Origin: the human T2T-CHM13v2.0 reference genome, Homo sapiens
Direction: 5' to 3' (one strand)
DNA: 64,000 nucleotides
Assembly: GCF_009914755.1 (NCBI RefSeq)
Contig: NC_060926.1
Shown here one piece after another: positions 38,224-54,752 of this stretch (positions within the stretch are counted from its first letter, which is position 1; every line of letters starts with the position of its first letter). The notes under the pieces are model-generated. The model did no database searches. It worked only from the letters and a program-made list of their open reading frames with translations, and was not told the DNA's origin. The position numbers were made by a program, and so were the translations under genes.

Positions 38224-40129
38224 TTTTAAGGGAGAAAGGGCTGACCGCCCCAGATCTCTGAAAGTAGTTTCACAATTCATGCCTTGTCACCTGACCTGAG
38301 CCCTGATTCCGCTCTTTGTGGTCTGAGATCTGAGCACCTTGGAGGCATTCCACTCCTACTGCTTCTTTCTTGTGTATTTTCAGTTCTAATTTTTTTGTTT
38401 GTTTTATTTCTCTGCATAAATATTTTCATCTTCTCTCTATGTTTCTGGAAATTGCTAATATTTCTGGATTGCTTATTATAAGCTTGCTTTCAAATGCTGC
38501 TATGAATTTCTTATTTTGAATTCTGTATATTTTCTGATATTTCATGTAATTTTAGATGTGTAAGAGGAATGGTTTATGTTCTCAATCAGCTCTCTTGAAA
38601 GAACTCAACCTCACTATTTTAAAGATGAGGAAACAGGCCAGGAGAGACTTGTGAGTGGTTAGCTTAATTAGTATTACAAAGTGAACTAAAGACTGAATTG
38701 TCTGTGGGCATACACTGAGTTTGATGCCAGTGGGGACTTTTAGTCTGAGAATTTACCCACTATCTTATATTTTGTCTCTAAAAATTGTTTTAAAACAAAA
38801 TAGAACTTTAGTTCTTGCTTACTAAAACATCTTTAGCTTATTTATTCCACAGGAATTCTTCTACTATAAAAAGCATATACATTATAGATAAATAACAAAA
38901 TAAATAACCTCTTATCTTAACATTCACAAATAACTTCTCTAATGTTTTACTATATATCATTCAAGTATTTTTTGAAATGATATGTATAATTATTTTTGAT
39001 AAAATATGAAACAATATACACATAGCTTTTCAGCTTAACTTTTAAAACATTCAACCATATATTGTGAGGTTTCTCCATATATTATGTGGATCCTTTTAAA
39101 ACATCACTTTTAATGACTCCATGGTTTTCTATTATATAGATTTAATAAAAATTTAAGCAATGCAATATTGTTTCAAATATATGATAATTTATAAATGGCA
39201 GTTTTCCCTGAGCTCAACATGAAAGATATCAGGTACCAAAATGGATTGTGAAATAGATCATTCTTTAAGAATTGCAAGCAGAGTCAAAAAGCTGTTAAAT
39301 GCTCTTGAATCCCTCACCCGCATCAAGGATAAATATGGTTGAGAAATTGCTCATGGGATGGTTTCTTTGGACAAAGCTATGCTCTGGGAACCCACCCCAA
39401 AGGGAAGAGATAGAGGTGCCTCTAACTTTACCTCAAGTGGAAAGAAAGGGGCTCCAGTGGGACTACCTGGAAGGCTTCAGTTATTTTCCTGAAATAACCC
39501 TTACAAAGTCTTAAATCCAGAGATGAGTTCACTGAAAGCATAAGCACAGAAGAAATGGTTGTGTTGCAAGCTTAGTATTTCAAGCTGTGTCAAGACAAAA
39601 TGACAGCATATAGGCTGTGCCCAAAAGAGGTAACTGGAGTTTACATCTTGTCCAAGAGGATCAAAGGTAGGGGCACTAAGACCCCGGAAAAGATAATCTA
39701 GATGGGGTGGACTGATACGGGAATGGCCAAACAGACAAAAATGCAACACATCATAAAAAAATACAGATTAATTTCCTCACTAGGGCCCCCTAGGAACTCA
39801 TGAAGGTACTGAAGAGAAAATGTGAACTTACACATCTGCCAGGCTCAGATGTCAAGTAATCTTCACAGTAGTACCAATCAATTTAGAATTTTCTTGCCCC
39901 TCATGTTTTCTACACTATGGTTCTAGATGAAATTCAGGAAAAAAGGATCTTTTTTTCAGGAAAAAAATAGTAATCTCTAAAATTATTTTGTCTGATATTA
40001 TTATTTTAATATTATGATGTTATTATTTAAAATGCAGCTATGTAGCATAATATTTGAATTATATCAAGGTTTCATTTGTTGTTTAGCCTATGTTCATTCA
40101 TTTATTTGAGGAAATATAAAATTAACTTT

Positions 40130-40596
40130 TATTTACTCAGCAATAATTTTATCGCATTCCTCCTATGCATTGGGCATTGTGTTAGTCCAGCAGTAAACAA
40201 ATTAGATAAAAATCCCTGCCCTCAGATAATTTATATTCAGAGGGGAGGGGCAGACATCAAAAAAAAAGATAAGAAGGAAAATGCATAGAATGTTAGATGT
40301 TAAACAGTGTTACAGAAGAAAGGAGCATAGAATTAGGCTAGGGAGCATCAGAGTGGATGGCAGACTTCAGTTTAGATGGGATAAAGTGAAGGTCAGGCAG
40401 GATAAAGACCTAAAGGAGGTGAGGGAATGAGATATGCAGACACCTGGGAAGACTATTCCAGGAAAAGGGAACAGAATACGCAAATAAACTGAGGCGCAAA
40501 TATGCAAGAATGTTAAATACAAAGAAAGAAGGTCACAGAAGTAAGTGAAGGGCAGATTAAGAAGAGCATTCTAGGTTATTGTAAGAACTTGGTTTT
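40130..40596 (-). mobile_element. L2a fragment
   Basis: cagcagtaaacaa...aaatccctgccctc...aaagacctaaaggaggtgaggga...attccagg. Confidence 0.75.
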
Positions 40597-40619
40597 CAAA
40601 TAGTTGATGTTTGTAATTA

Positions 40620-41000
40620 TTACGCATAAGTCCTCTGCATTCTTGCTTATGTATTTGTTTTTATATATTATTCTATCCCCTTAGTCTGTTTGAGCTATCC
40701 AAGTTTGAAAGTTGTGCTAAAATATCCTCCTAATGTTATGGTTTTGTCGACTTTTTCTTATTTTTCTAATAGCTTTTGTTTGATCTATTTCAATGCAATT
40801 TCCTTGGGCACATAAAAGTAAATGAGAATTACCTTCATTGTAGATTATACCCTTCAATAATAAAAAGTAAATCATTTTGCCTGATGTAATGTTTGTTACC
40901 TGAAGTCTATTTTGTCTGATATTGATATTGCCAACCTGGCTTTCTTTTTGTCTGCATCTTATTTACCTGAATACCTTTCATACTTAACCTTTTGTTTGCC
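40620..41000 (-). mobile_element. Old L1M ORF2 (endonuclease region) fragment
   Basis: gaagtctattttgtctgatattgatattgccaacctggctttcttt is a reversed L1 EN segment. Confidence 0.65.
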
Positions 41001-41949
41001 TATTTTTGTTTTTTAGTCTATTACGGTGTTTGTGTAACTTTTATTTATTTCTTTTCACATCTTTTGGTGGTTTTCTAAAGTTTTCTTTGTACTACTTTTC
41101 CTTTCATGTTGTAATCTATGCGTTTTCTCCTCCTGCCTTAATGATTACCCTTATTTTAAAAAAAATTGTCCCCTTGTATTTATGGTCCACCTGTGTTTCC
41201 TTGTCATGAAAATTAAATGTTGTTTACATGAGATAAGAAAGGTTTTCCATTTCTACTTCTTCACTGTGGTCATCACAAGCCAGGTTCACACACTTACCAT
41301 CTAAGCCTGCATGTTCACATGCGCATAGATGTGCACACACACACATGCAAACATGTGCACACACACATTGTGTTTGCTATTTTACATGTCTAGAGTAAGA
41401 CCCATCCACCGAGTTTTTTGCTTTTGTGAAAATGAATCTTTGAATCTCAGACCAGAGAGCCATGGAGGAGCTGTCTCAGCAAAAGATAAAGAGCAGGATC
41501 TTTGTTCTCCTAAATCCTCAGTTCCTTGGATGATACTTTAAACTCTCTCCCACCTCTGCTTGCACCAGGATTGCAACAGCAGAAGCCCAGAGAGATGTCA
41601 AGCGGCTTAAAGGAAATTGTATGTAGTGGAAAATTCTTTTTTTTATTAAAAGCTATTTATCTTTCTTATCTTTTTGAATATACGGCTGCTTCTGGCTTGC
41701 CTCTGTGAATCCACACGGCTGATCGAATCTCTGCCTCATTGTGCTCATTTATTAAAAGCTGAATTCCAATATCAGCCATAGGTGATTCCTACATCAAGGG
41801 ACAGAGTCCTACTATGATAATTATGGCAGGAGGTCAGGATGCAGCCTGGGGGCAAGACAGCAGTCAGCCTGAAGCATCCCAAAGCCTAAGGATCCTCTCA
41901 CTGCTGGCTTTCTCAAGGAGACTGACGGTTCCTACCTTTCTCTGAGCCA

Positions 41950-42122
41950 ACCCATGTGCCTATGTTATGCTATTTAATTTTTACAAAAGTTCTATGACAT
42001 AGGTGTTATAATCCTCATTTTACACATTAAAAAATTGAGTTTCAAAGATGCTCAATTCATGTTAGCTAGAGGTAGACCCAGGATTCAAACCTACATGTTT
42101 GACCCCAAAACTTACACTCTTC
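41950..42122 (-). mobile_element. MIR
   Basis: taatcctcattttacac...aaattgag...ccaggattcaaacc. Confidence 0.7.
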
Positions 42123-45011
42123 TGTAATGATGCTTTTAAGAATGGGAAAAAGTGGCGAATGGGACCATCATCATTACGTTAAGCTACAGACATTTAGTTT
42201 GGGGCTTTCACAGACTCAATTTACTTTATTTGCTCTAGCAAATAAAGTACATTTTGACCTAATCTGCATTTTTCAAACTGTGCTCCAAAGCCCTCTAGAG
42301 GTTGCAAATGTGAGTGAGGAACAACTAAGATGGTCTGCTCTGGGCTACTGCTGCTCTTTGATTTATTTGTTTAAACCTCCGTATGTAAGGTTTTGTTTGG
42401 AAATACAAATTCACCTTCTACAGCATACTTAAGGGTGGTGGAGGATGAAGGAAGGTAATTTTATAGAAGAAGTCTAGAAAGTTCAGGCCACTGTAGAACC
42501 AAGACAACATCGGCTCTTGCTCCTACTTCACTGTATGGCCCTGGCTGCAAAGCAGCTGGCGTGGATGGAGACATGAGCCAAGAAAAGAGAAAGTTTACAG
42601 GAACTGGCAAGAATGAGGATCAAAATGGGTCATAAGTAGCAACCCCAGGGACACTATTGGCAATTACCAATCAGGTCCAAACTGCACAAGATAAATCTAA
42701 CTTAGTTTTCTGTATTAATGAGGAGAGACGGGGAAGAAGGAGCGAGCATGGTCACTATTTTAGAATTGGAGACAGGTATTGGTAATAGGGAAAGGTATTG
42801 GTAATAGGGGCATTATTGTATTGTAGGGACAGCAAAAGCATAGCTTCAGGCCAGCAAGAGAGAGGGCCTACATGTGACTCAAAATCCAAAATGACATCCC
42901 CAAGCCCACGAAAAAAAAATGTAATTGTGGGCAATTTTGAAAATGTATTACATTATGCAAATTGAAAAGTATAAGTCCCCGTTGTACTTGTTTGGAGACA
43001 CAGTGAAATCCTAATTTTTTCTATTTAGATATAAAATAAGCATCAAAGAAAGAGCCCCACCTCCATCTAATGGAGAGGACTCTCTCTACCTCCAGGCTAA
43101 TTGCCTAGACCAACTTGAATTCCCTATTCTAAGCTAATAATGGAGAGTGTCAGGGACTGACTGGGTTATCCAAGTTGAAGCCATCAGGCAATACATCAGA
43201 GAAAAGAAGAGGGTAAAGAGGGCCAGGTCCTCTGCTGTGGCTGGAATAGAGGATAGGACTACAGTATGGCATAGAGAATGTATCTGGGAAAGGAGAACAA
43301 GAAGATGGGTCTTCCCTCAGAGAATTCATAGAAAGTGTCAGCTGGTCAGCCTCTTGCTGTCAACCTGAGGTGAGACAATATGGCAGGGTGATTATGGGAG
43401 ATGATGTGCAGATAATCAGATGTGGAGAGATGGAACAGGGATTCATAAGCATTTGTTGTGAACCTTTAATCTCAATATTTGTTGCATTATTATTTTGAAT
43501 AATATAATTTTGAATCTCTTACTTTCAGCTTTTATTTTCTTTCCAAAAGATCTATAAAAACCCAGCCCTTCCAAGGTACTCAGGAAATTAACTGCAAATA
43601 TTTATTATGTAGCCTGCTGAAGAGAGACCTAAGTAACTGGGGTTGTGTGCCCTCGCATAGAAAAGACAAAGTTCAGAAGGCAGGAGTGGATGGTATGACA
43701 ATTTGTTGCCCAGTGGGATTGGAAGTGAATGAGGGGAGGAAATTCACCATAAATGCCTGAGGATAATTCTCAATATTCATATCTTCCTCCTCCAAAGTAA
43801 ATTAGATGGGGTCTGCGCAGGTGAGTCTGAAAAATCCCCAGGTAGTTTTCGTCCATGCCCCCAACTTCCAGTTACTTGTAACTGACACAAAGGCACAGGA
43901 TGTAACAAATGAGCTGCCACCTCCATGACCACAACAGAAAAGTTTTGGTGGTTGACACTAGGAAAAAGATCTTCCCTTTGGCAATTATGTATAACCAAAG
44001 ACATCTTTAAAGGAAAATTAGACAGAATGCATTGAGTCTGTCTAAACAAAATGACTGCTTTTTTGATTTTGTGGTATATAAGTAAAGTTTGGTAAGACCA
44101 TGGGGCACATTTTGGGAGCTTGAAGCCACAGCTCATATGCAATTCCTCTTCTTGACACTTCCAAATGTGTAGGAATTATGGGAAGAACAAAATAGAACCT
44201 TTCCATTAGTCTAGGATATTCTGTTTTGTTCATTCCCTAAGCATTGTCCTGTTAGCCCATCTCCCCAGAACATTCTCTTGAATGTCAATGAAGTTTTATC
44301 CTCACCTTATTGGGCCATGGAAATCTCAAGGTTATTATTCTCCCTTTTGCTCTCTATCCTGAAAATGTATTCAACCTTACTAAGAATTTGGTGTTAATAT
44401 TTCGCAAACTTATTTGCATGTCTTTGTTTTCTACATTAAAATGGTCATTTGAAATTGTGGTCTACAGGACACTAACATTCACCCCTTCCAAAATTCTTCT
44501 TCCGTCCTACCGTCAATTTGTCAAGGGATACGGAGGTTCACCATTGCATAATTCCAGAAGGGAAAAAGAATAGCACATCTTTTTCCTCTTATATACCCAT
44601 AATTATCTGTTTCTCCTGGGCAGATCTATGCCTCCACCCTAAAAAGCAGCTCCTTGAATCCTTCCCTGGACTCTATTTTTATCTTTGCAGTGTGGAAGCC
44701 TAAAAACATGTGAGGGGGATGGAGTTTGGGAAGCTTCTATACATGCCTGCACCACAGCACAGCCTTGACTGCTGTCTGCCCAAACAGCTGGACATTTCTG
44801 CAAGCAAGCAAACAGAAATTAAATACACAAAACAGCCAAACCAGTTGTAGGGTATGATGGAAAAAATATCCCCGGAGCAGGGGGTCCTGGTTCCTCCACT
44901 AGACCAGTGATAAGATACTCAACCTCTTTGGGCTTAAAAACTGGGGTAACAAAGACTGTAATCCCACAGGAATATTTACTGCTTTTAGTTGCCCAGCATT
45001 CATCCTGTATG

Positions 45012-45012
<1 letters not shown>

Positions 45013-45100
<88 letters not shown>
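45013..45100. repeat. Compound microsatellite (TG)18-(AG)~25
   Basis: Directly visible. Confidence 0.97.
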
Positions 45101-45101
<1 letters not shown>

Positions 45102-45104
<3 letters not shown>

Positions 45105-45538
45105 ATAGCTCCCAGATCTCTTTGGATGTGTTCTTTGCCATCCACCCTTGTGCAGCTCTTTCTGGAGGACCACCCTTGGTTGGCTAGAACATGCTGTGAC
45201 TGCACACCTGAAGAAAGGAAAGTGCCTGGGTGCCTGAGGATTTACAGGCTACCCTGACTCCTTTGCCCAGGAAAAGGCCAGAACCAATGACACACCCGTA
45301 TCATACTAGAAAGCCTGATGGGATCACTTTGAAGCTCTGTTTGCACTCTACATCTCCCCTGCAGGATCAGGCTGAAGCTATATTCAGCATAACTTTTCCT
45401 GAGTTCCTGCTCCTGGTTCACATTCCCCTTCTTTGCTGTCCTACCCCCCACATCCTTATGGGGCTTCACCAGCTAAAGCATCATTAGCACACACATCCTC
45501 ATCTCAAGATATGCTTCTGGGAAACAGGAACTAAACCA
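45102..45538 (+). mobile_element. LTR16-family (ERVL) LTR, diverged
   Basis: aaccaatgac...gggatcactttgaag...catcctcatctcaagatatgcttctgggaa; similar to the LTR16 at 30.5 kb. Confidence 0.55.
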
Positions 45539-46409
45539 AGAACCATCCTTACATGATCATAGGCAGTCTTGGTGGGACTATCAGTCAGATGCCCTGTATG
45601 TCATGGTCCAAGGGTGGCCTGCAAAGCAAAGCATTAATCAGACTCTCTGATCTGGAAATCTGCATCTTGATCAGATGACGCAAGACAAGAAGCTGGTCCC
45701 CATGGTGGTGATCTAAAGATACTGGTCACTCATTCCTACCCACAGATCCTCAGAGAGCACTGATTCCTCCCCTTTCACGGCTCCATTTGCTCAGTTTTTC
45801 TTCCTTTCTCTGAGCTGACCTATATACTCAAAACAAATTATTTTTTGGCCTTCCTTATCCAGAGTTGCTTGTGATTAAATAACCCCAACTGACGTGGAAA
45901 TCAAATAAAGCAACAAAGAACTGCTTTTTCAACTGTGAGTACTACTCTGAAGTCATCTGTGATTATTGCATAAGCAGTCCCTCTTAGTAATGTTTTGCTG
46001 TAGTGTTTGACATCACCAAAGAACACCTATACTTGACTTCTCCTTGCTTTTGCCTGTGCATTTCACAGTTTCAGTATTTGACAAGTGAACTTTCTGAAAC
46101 TACCAAAGACAACAGCACACACTTCATCAGCATTTTTGTTTATTGATACCAGGATTAGCATTTTCTAGAAACATAATAAAGTAATTGCAGACATATTTGC
46201 CTTGTATTTGTGAATTTATCAATTTATGGCATAGATTCCAGGAGCATGTTAGTTTTTAGAGTAGAGATGCTGATATCCCTTAGCTATATATCCACAAAAT
46301 AACAACTATGTAGCTTCTAAATTTTTACATGAATATTTCCAATAGTCCAGCTTAATGTGTGGCTTTACAAATTATAATTTATAATAGTCCCCTGTCAATA
46401 AAAGTATGA

Positions 46410-46590
46410 ATAATAACATGGTTATCTTTTATAGTGCTTTGTAGTTTATCATCTAATTTTTTAGGTTGATCTTCAAGATACCTTTACATGATTACTTTAA
46501 TTGAGATGAGAAAATTAGAAATTTTCAGATGAGAAAAACAGGGTTGAGAAAGCTTAAGCCACTTTCAAATGTCTTAGAAATATTAAGTGG
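46410..46590 (-). mobile_element. MIR
   Basis: ttttatagtgctttgtagttta...ttttcagatgagaaaaacagggttgagaaagcttaag. Confidence 0.6.
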
Positions 46591-46873
46591 AACTATACCT
46601 TTATCTTTTTCTTTAAATCTTTATAATCTTCTTTATAATCTTTTTTTAAAATTTGTTTATTTATTATTATTATACTTTAAGTTTTAGGGTACCTGTGCAC
46701 AATGTGCAGGTTAGTTACATATGTATACATGTGCCATGCTGGTGTGCTGCACCCACTAACTCATCATCTAGCATTAGGTATATCTCCCAGTGCTATCCCT
46801 CCCCGCTCCCCCCACCCTACAACAGTCCCCAGAGTGTGATGTTCCCCTTCCTGTGTCCACGTGTTCTCATTGT

Positions 46874-50693
<3,820 letters not shown>

Positions 50694-50756
50694 TATGATG
50701 TTAGCTGGTTATTTTGCTCGTTAGTTCATGCGGTTTCTTCCTAGTCTTGATGGTCT

Positions 50757-51774
50757 TTATATTTTGGCATGATTTTGCAGCGGCTGGTACCAGTTGTTCC
50801 TTTCCATGTTTAGTGCTTCCTTCAGGAGCTCTTTTAGGGCAGGCCTGGTGGTGACAAAATCTCTCAGCATTTGCTTGTCTGTAAAGTATTTTATTTCTCC
50901 TTCACTTATGAAGCTTAGTTTGGCTGGATATGAAATTCTGGGTTGAAAATTCTTTTCTTTAAGAATGGTGAATATTGGCCCCCACTCTCTTCTGGCTTGT
51001 AGAGTTTCTGCCGAGAGATCTGCTGTTAGTCTAATGGGCTTCCCTTTGAGGGTATCCCGACCTTTCTCTCTGGCCGCCCTTAACATTTTTTTCCTTCATT
51101 TCAACTTTGGTGAATCTGACAATTATGTGTCTTGGAGTTGCTCTTCTCGAGGAGTATCTTTGTGGCGTTCTCTGTATTTCCTGAATCTGAATGTTGGCCT
51201 GCCTTGCTAGATTGGGGAAGTTCTCCTGGATAATATCCTGCAGAGTATTTTCCAACTTGGTTCCATTCTCTCCGTCACTTTCAGGTACACCAATCAGACA
51301 TAGATTTGGTCTTTTCACATAGTCCCATATTTCTTGGAGGCTTTGCTCATTTCTTTTTATTCTTTTTTTCTCTAAACTTCCCTTCTTGCTTCATTTCATT
51401 CATTTCATCTTCCATCGCTGATACCCTTTCTTCCAGTTGATCGCATCAGCTCCTGAGACTTCTGCATTCTTCACGTAGTTCTCGAGCCTTGGTTTTCAGC
51501 TCCATCAGCTCCTTTAAGCACTTCTCTGTATTGGTTATTCTAGTTATACATTCTTCTAAATTTTTTTCAAAGTTTTCAACTTCTTTGCTTTGGTTTGAAT
51601 GTCCTCCCGTAGCTCGGAGTAATTTGATCATCTGAAGCCTTCTTCTTTCAGCTCGTCAAAGTCATTCTCCGTCCAGCTTTGTTCCGTTGCTGGTGAGGAA
51701 CTGCGTTCCTTTGGAGGAGGAGAGTCGCTCTGCTTTTTAGAGTTTCCAGTTTTTCTGCTCTGTTTTTTCCCCAT
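50757..51774 (-). pseudogene. L1 ORF1p, disrupted
   Basis: ATGGGGAAAAAACAG at 51774; fragments ELREECRSLRS*, RPNLCLIGVPE, REWGPIF, YPAKLSF in different frames. Confidence 0.95.
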
Positions 51775-52677
51775 CTTTGTGGTTTTATCTACTTTTGGTC
51801 TTTGACGATGGTGATGTACAGATGGGTTTTTGGTGTGGATGTCCTTTCTGTTTATTAGTTTTCCTTCAAACAGACAGGACCCTCAGCTGCAGGTCTATTG
51901 GAGTACCCGGCCGTGTGAGGTGTCAGTCTGCCCCTGCTGGGGGGTGCCTCCCAGTTAGGCTGCTTGGGGGTCAGGGGTCAGGGACCCACTTGAGGAGGCA
52001 GTCTGCCCATTCTCAGATCTCCTGCTGCATGCTGGGAGAACCACTGCTCTCTTCAAAGCTGTCAGACAGGGACATTTAAGTCTGCAGAGGTTACTGCTGT
52101 CTTTTTGTTTGTCTGTGCCCTGCCCCCAGAGGTGGAGCCTACAGAGGCAAGCAGGCCTCCTTGAGCTGTGGTGGGCTCCACCCAGTTCCAGCTTCCCGGC
52201 TGCTTTGTTTACCTAAGCAAGCCTGGGCAATGGCGGGCGCCCCTCCCCCAGCCTCGCTGCCACCTTGCAGTTTGATCTCAGACTGCTGTGCTAGCAGTCA
52301 GTGAGACTCCACGGGCGTCGGACCCTCTGAGCCAGGTGCAGGATATAATCTCCTGATGCGCTGTTTTTTAAGCCGGTCGGAAAAGCGCAGTATCAGGTGG
52401 GAGTGACCCGATTTTCCAGGTGCCGTCTGTCACCCCTTTCTTTGACTAGGAAAGGGAACTCCCTGACCCCTTGCGCTTGCCAAGTGAGGCAATGCCTCAC
52501 CCTGCTTCGCCTCGCGCATGGTGCGCGCACCCACTAACCTGTGCCCACTGTCTGGCACTCCCTAGTGAGATGAACCCGGTACCTCACATGGAAATGCAGA
52601 AATCACCCATCTTCTGCGTCACTCACGCTGGGAGCTATAGACCAGAGCTGTTCCTATTCGGCCATCTTGGCTCCTCC
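51775..52677 (-). promoter_or_regulatory. L1 5'UTR internal promoter with YY1 site and antisense promoter region
   Basis: YY1 motif CAAGATGGCC at 52660-52669 (minus strand) intact; residual CpGs. Confidence 0.8.
52230..52304 (+). pseudogene. L1 ORF0, truncated at codon 25
   Basis: ATGGCGGGCGCCCCT... translates to MAGAPPPASLPPCSLISDCCASSQ*; CGA>TGA. Confidence 0.85.
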
Positions 52678-52717
52678 TTATACTTTTATCTTTTTGGTCT
52701 TTTCTGAATTTACCATC

Positions 52718-53284
52718 TGTTTGAGTTATCCATCTCTGCATAGTAAACTACCTGAAAACTTAGTGAATAAAACTAAAATGTATTGGAATCCATCATGGGT
52801 CTGTGGGTTCACTGTGTGCTCAGCTTGGTAATCTTCGCTTGGAGTCTCTCATTGATGGAATTCAGGTAACTGCTGTAGCTGAAGCTACTGGAAGATTTGA
52901 CTGAGTTGGACATCCAAGTAGTTTCTACTCTCACATTCCTGGCATCTGGCTTCTGGGATGAATGGCTATCTCTCTCTCTCTCCCTCTCTCTTTGTTTTTC
53001 TCTCTCTTCTTTCTCTCTCTCCACATGGTCTTTCCATGTGGCTAGCTTAAGCTTCCTCATACCATGGTGGCTTTGGAGTTCCAACTGCTGTTTTTCTAAG
53101 GGAGAGAAATTAGAGGTTGCCAGTCTCTTACACCTGGGCCCAGAAGTTGGCTCAGTAATACTTCTAATGTATTCTATTTGTCAAAACAATCACAGGGTTT
53201 GCCATATTAAAAGAGTGAAGAATAGATACTGACGTTCAGTGGGGGAACTTTCAAACAATGTGTGATCTTCTTTAATGAGACACA
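52718..53284 (-). mobile_element. MLT1G/H-like MaLR LTR
   Basis: aaaacttagtg...tctgtgggtt...ggacatccaag...ctctccacatggtct...gcttcctcataccatggtggc. Confidence 0.7.
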
Positions 53285-53885
53285 TCATAAGAATGAGAAA
53301 ATTGAACATCAACTGATACATTTTCTCAAAATTGAAACAGAAAAAAGAAAACAAGTCACTTATTTGATAGTCACTTTTTTTCTACTATAGGCATTATGTC
53401 TGACATGTCAAGATACAAGTTGATTGCTTTTTGTTTGTTTCATAATAGAATTTTAGGGTATGTGAACCAAATCACATTTTCCAAGGACAGAGTCTAATAT
53501 CTACAAGTCTGAGAGAATCTATTTTCTTCCAAATTGGGCCTTTGCCTCTCAGTGATTTGTCATTATTGTCTTTGTGATTCGAGAGGGTGGACTATAGATT
53601 CCACCTCCTCAGTCTCACACAGCTGAGGTGAAGAGGATGATATCTGACAGAGCCAGGGAAAGCAAGGATGTTAGTTTTTTTTCTTTGGGGGTTGTTTTGT
53701 TTTGTTTTGTTTCTGTGAGCAGCTAGAATAATTTTCATAGGTAAATATAGATTTAATGATGAAGACAACAAAAGATGTGAGTGTTTGTTAATAAAAATGG
53801 AAATTATATTCACTTTCCAGTTTCCCATGGATACATGTGACGAGTGGTGGGCTAATGAGTCGGGTAGGTTAGAATTCAGCAACCA

Positions 53886-54172
53886 GGCCAGGCGTGGTGG
53901 CTCACGCCTGTAATCCCAGCACTTTGGGAGGCCGAGGCGGGTGTTGGTCGAGACCAGCCTGACCAACATGCGAAATCCTGTCTCTACTAAAAATACAAAA
54001 ATTAGCCAGGCGTAGTGATGTGCGCCTGTAATCCCAGCTACTCAGGAGGCTGAGGCAGGAGAACTGCAGGAACCCAGGAGCCAGAGATTGCAGTGAGCTG
54101 AGATTGCGCCACTGCATTCCAGCCTAGGCAATACAGCAAGACTCCATCTCAAAAAAAGAAATAGAAAAGAAA
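53886..54172 (+). mobile_element. AluS with short left-arm deletion
   Basis: Alu lacking the gatcacctgaggtcagg segment; TSD agaat(t/g)cagcaacca at 53871-53885 and 54173-54187. Confidence 0.93.
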
Positions 54173-54257
54173 AGAATGCAGCAACCAAGTTCTCTGTTTA
54201 ACTCCTTAATGTTCCTGTTTACCAAGGGTGACAGTATGACATTACATCCAATATAAT

Positions 54258-54440
54258 ACTTAGGAGTGAGGGCTCTAGAGCTTAACTCCATAAATTCTGA
54301 TTGCATTGCTTACTAGCTGGAGAACTTTGGCCCAGATAATCAGCCTCTCTGTGCCTATATTTCCTTTTCTGTGATATAGGGAGATGTCATACCTATTTCA
54401 GAGGTTTATAACGATTGAGATGCTATGTGCAAGTGAGAAA
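54258..54440 (+). mobile_element. MIR
   Basis: ggctctagag...cttactagctg...cctctctgtgcct...tacctatttcag. Confidence 0.65.
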
Positions 54441-54752
54441 CAGTTAGGGGGCTACATACTCAGGTGCCCACTGTGCATTTGCATGACCCTAAGAGTGAGA
54501 GACTCCTTAAAGTTTACACCGTAGGCTCTTAATTTGTGTTACTATAATCCAGGCCCTGAACATAGAGTCTTTTAAGTATCAAACCAAAAAAATCTATGTT
54601 TAACATTCATTGGACTGGTCAACTAATACCATTTATCACTGTTAAAACCCCTAACATTGGGTATGTTGATTAATAGAGCATTGGTTACTGATCAAATACA
54701 GAGCACAGAAGCCCCTGGAGCAACTGCCCTGGAGTGTGGTCCTTTTTGATAC

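Noticed and set aside
44819-45257. ORFs with CVCV/RERE or SLSL/THTH runs
   Set aside because: Dinucleotide-repeat artefacts.
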